64,000 nt of DNA from Guillardia theta CCMP2712 (taxonomy: Eukaryota > Protista > Cryptophyta), in contig NW_005434635.1 of assembly GCF_000315625.1 (NCBI RefSeq), positions 531,617-595,616 of the forward strand, read 5' to 3'. Shown here piece by piece: positions 52,201 through 62,700 of the stretch (position 1 is its first letter; each line of letters begins with the position of its first letter). The position numbers were made by a program, and so were the translations under genes. The notes under the pieces were generated by a model. That model was not told the origin of the DNA and did not search any database. It saw only the letters and a list, made by a program, of their open reading frames with translations.

Positions 52201-53595
52201 CCCGATCTGCATACCGCAAGGTGCTAAGAGTTTCCTGCACATGGAATCAGACAAGATTGGAGTGGAAGCGGAGCTGTACCTCATAATTGATGTCGGCGGG
52301 GGATAAAGCAGCAATCATGATTGTCCTTGAGTTTCCTCCCAGAGATTCTTTGAGCAACCAAGTCAAGATGGAGTCTCGGTAAGGAACAAAAACTTGTTTT
52401 CCTTTCTTCTCGCTTGCATCTGCCAAAGCTGAGATAACATTGCCAAGAGCGGACAAAGATTTGTTGATTGCTGCTCCTTCTTTTAAGCGATCTCCCGTTG
52501 CTCCAGTGCTTGCTGCACGTTCACTTCCAGCGAGATCCACGAGATTTATTTTGCTAACCTTGTCCATTACCTTCATTGTCGTCATGTTTGTTGTCGTTTG
52601 CGTCAGAATGATGGTGAAGATTGTGTGTGCACGGGAGCTTGTTGCGTTCATCTGCGTTGAAGCAACAGTACGAGCTCGAGTTCCTTCATCCATCAATTGC
52701 TCGATGTAAGCTAAATCCTTGACGGGTAAGAGCGCAAGACCGTCGACGTAAGGGCCCTGTTTTCAGTTCAGGTTCTGGAAGACTTCAGGGATCAAGTACC
52801 GTCTTTGAATTATCTCGTACTTTCAACCCACTCTCATTGCTTTTGTTTGTGGGGTTAAACAGGTCTCTGACTTTTTCGTTGTATATTTCCATCATGCTTG
52901 CTTCAACCTTTGAAAATACTTTTCATGCTTTGTCATATTCTTGACGTGAGTTAGAGTACCTTAAATGTAACTGTACTATCCGGGTTCTCTGAGATTCTTC
53001 TAAACAATTCTGACAATCGATGTTATGGCAGGTCATTTCGATACGACATCACCTTGACAGGCACAAGGGATGATGCCTTTATCCACGCCATAACCAACCA
53101 TGGAGTAAGACTTTCCCGAACCTGAGTGAGTGTCAACTTAGCCGATGAATTTCCAACGTGATACCTGTTTGCCCATATGCAAACAGGCTGACATTGTAAC
53201 CCTACAGATCATCAGCAATATTTTTGTTGAAATACGATGCGATCTAAACCTTCCAAGCATTCTCTAGCACTCCGATACCAAGATCGTTAAAGACGATCTG
53301 AACATGCTTGAGATAATTTTGTTTGTTGATGAGAGATCATACCGCTTGTGTTGCGAAGTTTGGGTCGGAAGGGTTGTGACTCCAATAAGAATAATCGAAG
53401 GCGAAACTTTTCTCTTCGTTACTTTCAGGATTTCTGATTGTCGTTGTTCTGTACAGAAGGGTAACTAATTAGGATCAAAAGGTAAGATAAAATGTTTCAC
53501 TTCTCATGCATGGATATGATGCATACGCTATTTTTCTCTTTCTCCCTGTTGTTAAAGGGACGAACACGAACAGCAACTTTGACATTATCCGACAT
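49204..53595 (-). CDS. Kinesin-3 family motor (motor-FHA-coiled coil-C2-coiled coil) ending in CaaX (KKSKACNIS*)
   Basis: [48 protein letters not shown]; FHA (TTVGR..SKEH..NG..DRIRFG); C2 ([15 protein letters not shown]). Confidence 0.92.
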
Positions 53596-53760
53596 CTTAT
53601 AGTTGCAAACAACTAGGCAAACAAGTTGATTAGAGACCTTCAAGAGAAGCAATAAAGAAAACAGGAAGAAACAGCGTCAAACTTACATCTCTAGTCGAGC
53701 TAAGCTTGCTCAGGCATTATGTTCCTATTCACCGGCTCCTATTGCTCAACTGATCAGGTC

Positions 53761-53877
53761 ATTTAGGTTTAGCTGGGTTTAGGGTTAAAGTGAGGGTTTA
53801 GGGTTAAGAGTTTAGCCCAAAATGAGGCCAAGCAGGGTTTAGGGTTTAGGGTTTAGGGTTTAGGGTTTAGGGTTTAG
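53761..53877 (+). repeat. Telomeric (TTTAGGG)n tract: degenerate at 53761-53815, perfect at 53834-53877
   Basis: Five perfect TTTAGGG units plus partial units; G-rich strand points to the window end. Confidence 0.95.
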
Positions 53878-54217
53878 AGGCGCCGTTATTTTCGGCAGGG
53901 CGCCGTTATTTTCGGCAGGGCGCCGTTATTTTCGGCAGGGCGCCGTTATTTTCGGCAGGGCGCCGTTATTTTCGGCAGGCGCCGTTATTTTCGGCAGGGC
54001 GCCGTTATTTTCGGCAGGGCGCCGTTATTTTCGGCAGGGCGCCGTTAATTTCGGCAGGGCGCCGTTATTTTCGGCAGGGCGCCGTTATTTTCGGCAGGGC
54101 GCCGTTATTTTCGGCAGGGCGCCGTTATTTTCGGCAGGGCGCCGTTATTTTCGGCAGGGCGCCGTTATTTTCGGCAGGGCGCCGTTATTTTCGGCAGGGC
54201 GCCGTTATTTTCGGCAG
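53878..54217 (+). repeat. 20-bp tandem repeat (AGGGCGCCGTTATTTTCGGC) x17
   Basis: Near-perfect units (two 1-nt deletions, one substitution); internal GCCG/CGGC inverted repeat. Confidence 0.95.
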
Positions 54218-54307
54218 CATGGCTCCTCGTCAGGTGTAGGGGAAGCCGCCAGGGCGCCAAGGAAGCTGCAAGCGAGAGGTTTGTATACTTCAAATAGCTT
54301 TCTAAGT

Positions 54308-56416
54308 ATGGTTCTTCAGTATGATGAAAATGTTCGCAACCTGCTGTATCGGAGATCATGCCAATACACGCAGAGCGGACTTGTGGATGCCTCTGTCCTC
54401 GAAGCTGATCTCGTCGAGAGGGTGAAGAGCTTCGCGAAGCGTTATCCGAACAGCAGGACAGCCCAGGCTTGCAAGGCTGTGGAGGGATGCACCCCCGACG
54501 CTATCGCAGAAGCCATCCGCTCGACATGTCAGCACTGGCAGGCACGACGTGAGTTTCTGCAAGAAGCGATGACTGGATGGAGTGAGCAGATTGAAGAAGC
54601 CAAGAAGGAGAAGGTCGAGACATACACCGCCTCAGCAGGCACTGCGGCGAGGTGACTTCCTTCATCTCCATGACTCTCCTGGGCATCTCCTCGGTGTATG
54701 TCAACCATGAAGAAAAGCTGAAGAAGAAATTTGAAGAGATCGGACTGATCGTAGACTCAGTGCAAGAGAGTAAAGCAATCATGTGGAAGGCTCCGTATAG
54801 ACCCGAGATAGCGAGTGCTGAGGAGATCCCGGTGACTGTTTCCTTCCTCCGCAATGCACAAGCGGAGAAGCTCTGGCAGGGAAGAGAGGACTTCGCGATC
54901 GATGGTCGCAAGTTCACAGCTGTACATGTGAGCATCGTGCACGATCGATCTTTCAAGATTCGAGCCAAGAGAGGACCCTGGGGCAAAGGGGGCAGCTTGG
55001 CAGAGCTGACTCACCTGCTAACCTTGGGCGGCATGACAACGGCTGAGATAGCTGCCGTCTATCGCTATCAGCTGCTGCGCCAGTCCCTTGCAGCGGTCCA
55101 ACTCCAGCCGCTGGCAGGCATGCTGGTCGCTGGGGCGCCAGGACAGCAAGTTCATCGCTGTAGGGGCCAACGTCATCTGGAGACAGAGGGAGGTGGAGTG
55201 GATCGTCTCCTCGAGCTGCCCAGAGGCGAATGATACAGCATTTCGAGCTTTCCGAGAGAGCGAAGCGATGGAGGGAGTACACCTGACTCTGTTCAGCGAG
55301 GACCCGAAGATCAGAGAGGCGCTCGCAGTCGAGTTGACAGCTGATCGCTTTGTGTCCAGAAATAAGTTGAAGAAGGCATCAAGACTGCAGAAGAAGGCAG
55401 GCGGCAAGGACGGCAAGGAGATCAAGATCATCATCAAGTCGACGGCGGCATCTGGTCGCTTCACGAGGAAGGAGATGGAGGGGCTGTGCAACGGCGGCAA
55501 CACGTCTATCGCAAGAGTCAAGAGAGTCTTGTTGGAGATCGCTAACAGGCTCGAGATCAACGTTGAAGGCATCGACATGGAGGAGGATTTGAACACCAAG
55601 TCCTGGAACGGGTCCAAGCTATGCATCCTCCTCGGCTCCACGGAGGATGCTCGACGCATGATGAAGGAGCTGCCCTTCTATCTCGAAGGCGCAGCAACCA
55701 AGCTCGAAGCAGTCGGCTTCGACAAGGAGCCTGACTCTGAGGCGGCTGGTCAGCGGGGCACCAGCGACGCAGCGCAGCGACAGGAGGAGAGCGAGGGAGA
55801 GTGGCTGGAGTTTACAGACCTGGAGAGGATCACAATGGAGGCAGCATCTCCGTCAAGCCAAGAGGACATGCAGCTCGTCAGCGAGCTGTCAGCAGTCATC
55901 GAAGATGCAGCTTCTTTGAACGAGGCGGGGACGAGCGAGCCGATCAAGCTGGTCCTGGACAAGGCCGTTGGCAACCTCCACGACACGTTCTACTCTCCGG
56001 GGAGCCTGGAGTTCATGTCGCTGGGAGAGTGGGCGAAGATGCCAGAGGAGCAGGGAGTTGGGCGCAACGTTCTCAAGGAGAAGCTGGGGAAGTGGCTGCA
56101 GAGCAAGCGCTGGACTCGCGTGCAAGGAGAGAGCAAGAAGGCAAGGAGGGGCAGCGCGTTCTCGCCACGGGCAACGGCAGCTGCTGAGCTTGAGCAGGAG
56201 GCGGAGAGCGACGACATAGAGCGTCGATCTCTTAGCTTCCTGTTCATAGCACTGAGTAAATTCGCAGAGATGCATGTGCTGGCCTGCTCGCTGAAGGTGG
56301 ACAAGAAGGACCGACTGCGGGTGGAGATGAGGGAAGATGGCGAAGAAGAGGAAGACATGGAGGAAGAGCAAGGCGAGGGCGAGGAAGAAGACGGGGCGAG
56401 CCCGTACCGAGCTTGA
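54308..56416 (+). pseudogene. Frameshifted paralogue of the E2 716-aa ORF1-like protein
   Basis: ORFs 54281-54655, 54652-55233 and 55088-56416 match consecutive parts of the E2 protein; frameshifts near 54645 and 55130. Confidence 0.8.
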
Positions 56417-56446
56417 GCTGAGCTCAAGGTAATGAGAGAAGGTGGA

Positions 56447-56654
56447 GGCGACCGAAGGCCAAGGTGAGGAGAGGCAACTCTCCTGACTGAGGCTGAGGAA
56501 GCTGAATGGAGGAGGAGTAGGTGGCGACCGAAGGCCAAGGTGAGGAGAGGCAACTCTTCTGACTGAGGCTGAGGAAGCTGAATGGAGGTAGAGTAGGTGG
56601 CGACCGAAGGCCAAGGTGAGGAGAGGCAACTCTTTTGACTGAGGCTGAGGAAGC
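56447..56654 (+). repeat. 76-bp tandem repeat (~2.7 copies) in the E1 3' UTR
   Basis: GGCGACCGAAGGCC recurs at 56447, 56523 and 56599. Confidence 0.9.
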
Positions 56655-56837
56655 CAAGAGAAGACAGCAAAAGTAGAAAGTAGAAAGACGCCTCAGAAGC
56701 AGGGTTCGCATTGTAGGCCGTGTACTCCCAGTGCTCGAGCGCCTCTTTAGACTAGGATCAAATTGCATAAGCCCACAACGAGGCCGAGCAACATTCTAGC
56801 ATTCTAATAAACTCACATAATAATAATAATAATAATA

Positions 56838-56854
56838 GGGTTTAGGGTTTAGGG
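56838..56854 (+). repeat. Telomeric spacer GGG(TTTAGGG)2
   Basis: Directly visible between the E1 tail and the start of E2. Confidence 0.95.
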
Positions 56855-59706
56855 CCGCCCCTTCCCGAGGCATGCACATCCGCGGCGCGTAGGGAGAGCG
56901 CAAGGGGACCGGAGGAAGCTGCGAGCAAGTTCTTGGTATAGTTCAAACAGCTTTCTAAGCATGGTACTACAGTATGATGAGAGCGTTCGCAGCCTGCTGT
57001 ATCGGAGATCATGCCAATACACGCAGGGCGAGCGCTCTGGAGGCCACGTCGAGGAGGCCGCCGACCTCGTCGAGAGGGTGAAGAGCTTCGCGAAGCGGTA
57101 TCCTGGTAGTAGGACAGCTCAGGCTTGCAGAGCTGAGGGGGGATGCACTCCCGACGCTATCGCTGAAGCCATCCGCTCGACATGTCGGCAGGCGAGACGC
57201 GACCTGTTTGAAGACTCTCTGAGTGAATGGAGCTCAGAGTCGAGAGCATGGTTTATTCAACAGATGGAGGAGGCCAAGAAACAGAATGTCGAGACATACA
57301 TCGGCACCGAAGGCACCGAGGGGACCTCCTTCATCTCCATGACTCTCCTAGGGATTTCCTCGATGTATGTTCGACAAGAAGAAAAGTTGAAATCGAAGCT
57401 TATGGAGCTAGGTCTCATGGTAGACTCAGTCGATGGAGTCGACAAGGCCATCATGTGGAAAGCACCTTACAGACCTGAGATAGCACGAGCAGACGACATC
57501 TCAGTCACCGTCTCCTTCCTTCGGAATGAAGCAGCCATGGAGCTATGGGAAGGCAGGAAAGAATACTGCATAGAAGGGAGAGCCTTCCGAGCCACAGAGG
57601 TGAGCATTGCACACGACCGGTCGTTCAAGCTTCGAGCCAAGCGAGGACCTTGGGGCAAGGGAGGGAGCCTTGCCGAGCTATCGCAGCTCTTAGCTCTCGG
57701 AGGAATGTCGACGGCTGAGATCGCTCAGATTTATCGATTTCAGCTGCTCTCGCAATCTCTTGCAGCCGCAGAGGTACAACCACTTGCAGGCATGCTCTTG
57801 CAGGGTCCTGGGCAGAGAGGTCGCAAGGGGCCGAGCCCGAAGACGTATGTCGCTGTTGGGGCAAGTACGGGCACTCTCCAGCAAAAAGAGCTAGAGTGGG
57901 TGCTCAGCTCGCCTTCGACGGCAAGCTGCGAGCAGACCTTGGCCTCGTTCAGAGAGAGCGAGGCGATGGAGGGGGTGCATCTCACTCTCATCAGCGACGA
58001 CGCCAAGCTCAGAGAGACGTTTGCAGTCGAGCTCACAGCCGACACCTTCGTGCCGAGGGGAAAGATTGCCAAGCAGAGGAAGGCACTTCGCGAGAGAGAT
58101 CATGCGGGGCGCAGCAGCTTCAGAGTACAGATCAAGTCGAGGTCAAGCATGAGCACAGGCCGCTTCTCGAGGAAGGAGATGGAAGCGCTGTGCGGAGGAG
58201 GTAACACATCGATCACGAGAGTCAAGCGAGCCATGTTGGAGTTAGCAAGAAGAATGAACCTCAAGCTGGTCAGCGTCGAGGTCGAGGAGGATCGTGACAC
58301 GCTCAGCTGGGATGGGAGCCTGATAGCTCTCTCCCTGGCGACCAAGGCAGAGGCTCGACGCTTGATGGAAGACATGCCCTTCTACTTGGAAGGGATCCTG
58401 GAAGTCAAGCTGGAAGCTATGGGTTTTAAGCTCAACCCTCAGCATGAGGAGGAGAGGAGCCCGAGCAGCGAGGAGCAAGCCCAAGAGCCCCAAGGGCAGC
58501 AGCAAGGCGCTGGATGGCTGGAGCTCAGCGACATCGACAGGATTACTATGGAAGCAGCGTCGCCGTCAGGGCCAGTCGACCAACAGGTCTTGCTCGACCT
58601 CTCGACGATGCTCTTGGAGACATCAGAGGAGGAGCTGCTAGCTGGCAAGCCGATCTCGCTGGAGCTAGACAAGAGTGTTGGCAAGCTGCATGACACCTTC
58701 TGCTCGCCGGGCAACGTGGAGTTCATGACGCTCGGAGCTTGGGCAGCCACGCCGACGCTGGGATCGAAGCGAAACATGATGAAAGAAAAGCTCAGAGCGT
58801 ACCTCGGCGAGCAGCGCTGGACACGGGTGCAAGGGAACAAGGCAGCGAGGAGGGGCAGCGCCTTCTCTCCAAGGGCAGCAGCGACTGATGCGCTCGAGCA
58901 GGAGGCTGAGAGCGATGACATCGAGAGTCGATCTGTAAGCCTCTTGTTTCTTGCGATCAGTAAATTTGCTGAGCACCATGGGTTGAGCTGCACGGGCAAG
59001 GTCGACAAGCAAGACCGACTGCGGCTGATGATGAGGGAGGAAGTCGACATGGAGGCGGAGGAGGGCGAGGGCGTGGAGGAGGAGGCCGGTGCAGGCCCCT
59101 CGCGCGCTTGAGGCTCGAGTCAAGTCTTAGAGGTGGACAAGAGGCGGAGCGGAGCTGTGGGCCCCATGGGGGGAAGGAGGAAGAAATAAATGAGGTGGAC
59201 ATGGGGCAAGCAACGAAGGTAAGGGCAGGTAAGCCGGTGGGGGAGGGGGGAGGGGGGCCGGGAGGAGGAGGCCGGGCGGAGGCCGGCCGGGCTCTAGGGC
59301 CCGGTCCGGACCGAGGCCCGGGGGAAGGGACGTGAGTCCCAGGGACCCATACGCATTCCACCTACCACCTTATCTCCTGATTGTCCTTATCCCTCATTCA
59401 CTCACTGGCCGAAGGCCGGCCGAGACCGCCAAGGTGTGTCGGAGCCGAGGAAGCAACACAAGTTGAAAGCACGGACGACCCAGGCCAAGGCCGGCGGAGG
59501 AAACTCCACTGGCTGAGGCCGGGGAAGACCACTGAAGTATATCAGAGGAGGGAGCAGAGCAGAAGCACGGCTGCCATAAGGGCCAGCCAAGTCGGGCCGA
59601 ACTGCCAGGTCACGAGATCCCTGTTAGACTAGAATAGAGCAAGGTGATAACAAGCCATGCAACCTACCTAGCATTCTAATAAACTCAACTACTACAACTA
59701 CTACTA
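56855..59706 (+). mobile_element. E2: non-autonomous telomere-inserted retroelement with an intact ORF1-like gene and no RT
   Basis: Telomeric repeats on both sides; shared 3' motif; (CTA)n tail; single intronless ORF. Confidence 0.82.
56961..59111 (+). CDS. 716-aa ORF1/Gag-like protein with two putative RRM-like segments and an acidic tail
   Basis: Intronless ORF with no RT motifs. ISMTLLGI..KLKSKLMELG..VTVSF..AAMELW..IEGRAFRA and VQIK..LVSVEV..IALSLATKAEARRLM..LEG show RRM-like beta/alpha patterning (inference). Confidence 0.7.
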   Translation: MVLQYDESVRSLLYRRSCQYTQGERSGGHVEEAADLVERVKSFAKRYPGSRTAQACRAEGGCTPDAIAEAIRSTCRQARRDLFEDSLSEWSSESRAWFIQQMEEAKKQNVETYIGTEGTEGTSFISMTLLGISSMYVRQEEKLKSKLMELGLMVDSVDGVDKAIMWKAPYRPEIARADDISVTVSFLRNEAAMELWEGRKEYCIEGRAFRATEVSIAHDRSFKLRAKRGPWGKGGSLAELSQLLALGGMSTAEIAQIYRFQLLSQSLAAAEVQPLAGMLLQGPGQRGRKGPSPKTYVAVGASTGTLQQKELEWVLSSPSTASCEQTLASFRESEAMEGVHLTLISDDAKLRETFAVELTADTFVPRGKIAKQRKALRERDHAGRSSFRVQIKSRSSMSTGRFSRKEMEALCGGGNTSITRVKRAMLELARRMNLKLVSVEVEEDRDTLSWDGSLIALSLATKAEARRLMEDMPFYLEGILEVKLEAMGFKLNPQHEEERSPSSEEQAQEPQGQQQGAGWLELSDIDRITMEAASPSGPVDQQVLLDLSTMLLETSEEELLAGKPISLELDKSVGKLHDTFCSPGNVEFMTLGAWAATPTLGSKRNMMKEKLRAYLGEQRWTRVQGNKAARRGSAFSPRAAATDALEQEAESDDIESRSVSLLFLAISKFAEHHGLSCTGKVDKQDRLRLMMREEVDMEAEEGEGVEEEAGAGPSRA

Positions 59707-59729
59707 GGGTTTAGGGTTTAGGGTTTAGG
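59707..59729 (+). repeat. Telomeric spacer GGG(TTTAGGG)2TTTAGG
   Basis: Directly visible between the E2 tail and E3. Confidence 0.95.
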
Positions 59730-62700
59730 TGATAGCCTGCAACAGTGGAGTCGAGCTGCAAATACAAACAAACGAGTTCAACACAGGGAAAATACCTCTA
59801 ATGATCGGGCTGCCTCAAGGTGGAGCAAGTAGCCCACAACTGGCCAACTTGGTGCTATGCATCCTCTCTAGGCAATTGGACAAGTGCAGCACAGGAACAA
59901 CAAACAACCTGTCCTTCGCCGATGACATGGTACTCATCGCACACACGATGAAAGAAATGCGAGAATTGGTAGCAGTGGTGGATTCCTTCTGCAAATGGTC
60001 AGGACTGCAAATCAACAATAAGAAATCAGAGATAACCAGCTTCGACTATGCTCGCAAGGGAGAGGTTCCTGGTGCGAACAAAATAACGGTCATGGGGGAA
60101 CCTGTCGAAGCCCTACCGGCTACTAAACCGTTCAAATATCTCGGCTATCGCATCTCTCTGTGGAAGGAAGAAAGACGAAGAATAAAGGGCTGCCCTTTCA
60201 CTTGGGGAGAACGAGCATACGTCTTTGAAAAAACCAAAGAACTGATCAAAAACATCAGCTCGTCGAGTTATACTCCTGCGCAAAAATTCTACCTGGTGAA
60301 AGTTGGAATTCTCAACGTCTTTCGCTACTCCGCAGTCATGACTGGATGGACTTGGCGAGATCTACAAGAATTAGATCAACTGTGGATACGAGCTTTTAAA
60401 CAAGCGTTAGGACTGAGCAAAAGTACAGGGAATGGTATATTCTACCTGCCAACAGAGAATGGAGGGCTGCAGGTCCCTCATCCTGCCCCAATCCTAGGGC
60501 GAGCAGCGCTACGATACATCGAACGAGAAGTGAATAGTAAGCAAGGTGGAGACATCCAAGATAGACTGATATCTAAACTCAGAAACTGGTTTGCGGAATG
60601 GGGATGCCAAACAATCCTCGAGCTCCAAAGAGAAATGAATTTTCGAACTATGGAGCGTGATGTGGTGCGGGGACCCGAAGCTTTAGCAGTCTGGCTGGCG
60701 GAAAAACTAAACACGAGGATCAGCTGGGCCCACATAGAAGCAGGTCACCTACCTGGAAGCATCTCCCTCCTTCATAGGATGGAGGATATGGTGGCAAACT
60801 TGAACGACAGCGACAGACCACAAGGCTGGACGACCTTCCAAGCCTTATGGAGGCAACTCCCGAAACTCCAATTCTCCTTGCTACGCAATATACGACCTAT
60901 CGCTGACGAAGAACTGCATTTGCCAAGGAAGCTCTGGCCTTTCCCAAGGCAACGCGAGGAGGCGGAGGGGATCGTAATGCAATTGCTACAAGAAAATGTC
61001 ATCTGGGTAAGCAGCGTCAACAGAGCATCAGGAACAAAGAGGAAAAGACGAGAGGTTGCCTCGCAGGATAGTGCTACAACCCGAAAACGAAAGTCACACC
61101 CGCAATCAGAGGAGGACCGGGAGGAGACATCCAAAAAGCATCGGGAAGCAGCAGAAGAGAGAAGGCCACACCCAGCTCATGCAAACACAAGATCCCTCAT
61201 GGCTAAACTACTAGGCAATCTGGATCAACAGGAACACCTAATCCTAAAAGGTAAGGAAAGTTTCAAAATCAAGGGCGACATAGCAATCATGGACCGGCCC
61301 AGAAGTCACACGGGCCAAGAACAAGACATCAAAGAAGCTGAACCTTCCCTTCGCTCGGCGCCATTTGCGAGGAAAGAAGATGACGATGGAGCCAAGAACC
61401 CAGAGAAGACAGAGATCCTACTGCAAATTGCTAAGTATATCAGCAAAACACATAACAGCTCACTCAACTCGCAAGCTTGGTGGGAACATCTAACCACCGC
61501 CATGGCTGAAATTCGAGATAGACAACAAGGCCTTCCGCTGTCGTACGAATTTCTAGAACACTTGGGGATGCTCGCTGAAACAAAACAGTTCAGCAACTGG
61601 CCCACCCTCTATCACCCGACAATCCAGGCCGCAACCGATAGCTTGCAGGAAGACGAGGTTCGACGTGAAATAATATGGATCGACCAACAGGAACAATACC
61701 TCAGCTACGCCGCATGCGAGTCTGGAACAATCTTGATCGGATGGAACCAAACTTGCTTCAGGAAAGAAATCCCTGACGGCTTCATGCTAGTCGGTAAGGT
61801 ACCTAAAGGATCAGAAATATGCTACGCTGCAAATTTCTGGAGGACGGGCGATCGGAGCCTCAGGAAGTCACAAGACGACCTGATTGTCTACTGCAAAGAG
61901 TCGGAACAAGAGAGAATAATTGTCCAACTCACAGTACACCTGATCCCTGAACAGGAGGAGCTACAAGAATACCGAAGGAAGCAAAACGAAAACTATCAAG
62001 CCTCGGCCAAACAGGAGAAGAACAGGAACCAAGTGTGGTCCGCAATCCACGGCGACATATCACGAAACAGGAAGGGTCGATCAATGTCGATAGGATACAG
62101 CACGCAAGACAAGGAAGGAGAGCAGGAACGCGGAGCGATCAAGATACACGGAAAATGCAGCGTCATCAGAGCACATACCATCGCACTCTGCATACTCCTA
62201 CAAGCGATTTGGGAACAAAGAGGCAAACAGAAAACAATCAGGAAAATCTTCGTCCTCTTTAAATCAACCCGAATGCATCGCTTTCTTACGGACACCCTCA
62301 GATGGTCTACCATGCAGTATGAAGACGAGCTCGTATACGACTTGGCAGGAAGACTGCAGGAATGCCTGAGCAAATTTCAGCGGGAAGGCATTGAGATCAA
62401 CCTCTCTATGATCGCAGACCACACCGTAGTGCAAGAAGCTGCAGAAGAAGCCCGCAAGGGAAAATCCTCCTTCTCCTCCACGTGGGAACGGGCCCTCATC
62501 GACAGCGACTTGGGATTCTGCATTGCAGACGAAGAGAACTTCAAGCCGGGGATGGATCGATTGAAAATATGGGATAAGATAATCAGAGAAGAACAACTGG
62601 AACTGAGGAGGAAAGAAGCCCCCCTCACCTTGACGGAAACCTTTCTCCTGGAACCACAAGCGGGCAGAAGGATCCTAGGTCGAGCCTTACAGAGGTGTCG

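Larger units (their letters stand above)
53878..56837 (+). mobile_element. E1: non-autonomous telomere-inserted retroelement with an ORF1-like gene only, frameshifted copy
   Basis: Flanked by TTTAGGG tracts; homologous to E2; ends in the shared TTAGACTAG..CTAGCATTCTAATAAA motif and a (TAA)n tail. Confidence 0.8.

Noticed and set aside
53878-54217. CRISPR array
   Set aside because: Units are contiguous with no unique spacers, no cas genes, eukaryotic context
54215-54275. HDV-like ribozyme at the E1 5' end (TCCTCG resembles loop L3)
   Set aside because: Could not build P3/P1 pairings by eye, and the motif is not clearly preserved in E2
56490-56650. Hammerhead ribozyme in the 76-bp repeat (CTGAGGA)
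   Set aside because: No properly placed GAAA or stems, and E2 has CCGGGGA at this position
55889-56768. Antisense ORFs over E1
   Set aside because: Shadow frames of a purine-rich sense strand and the 76-bp repeat
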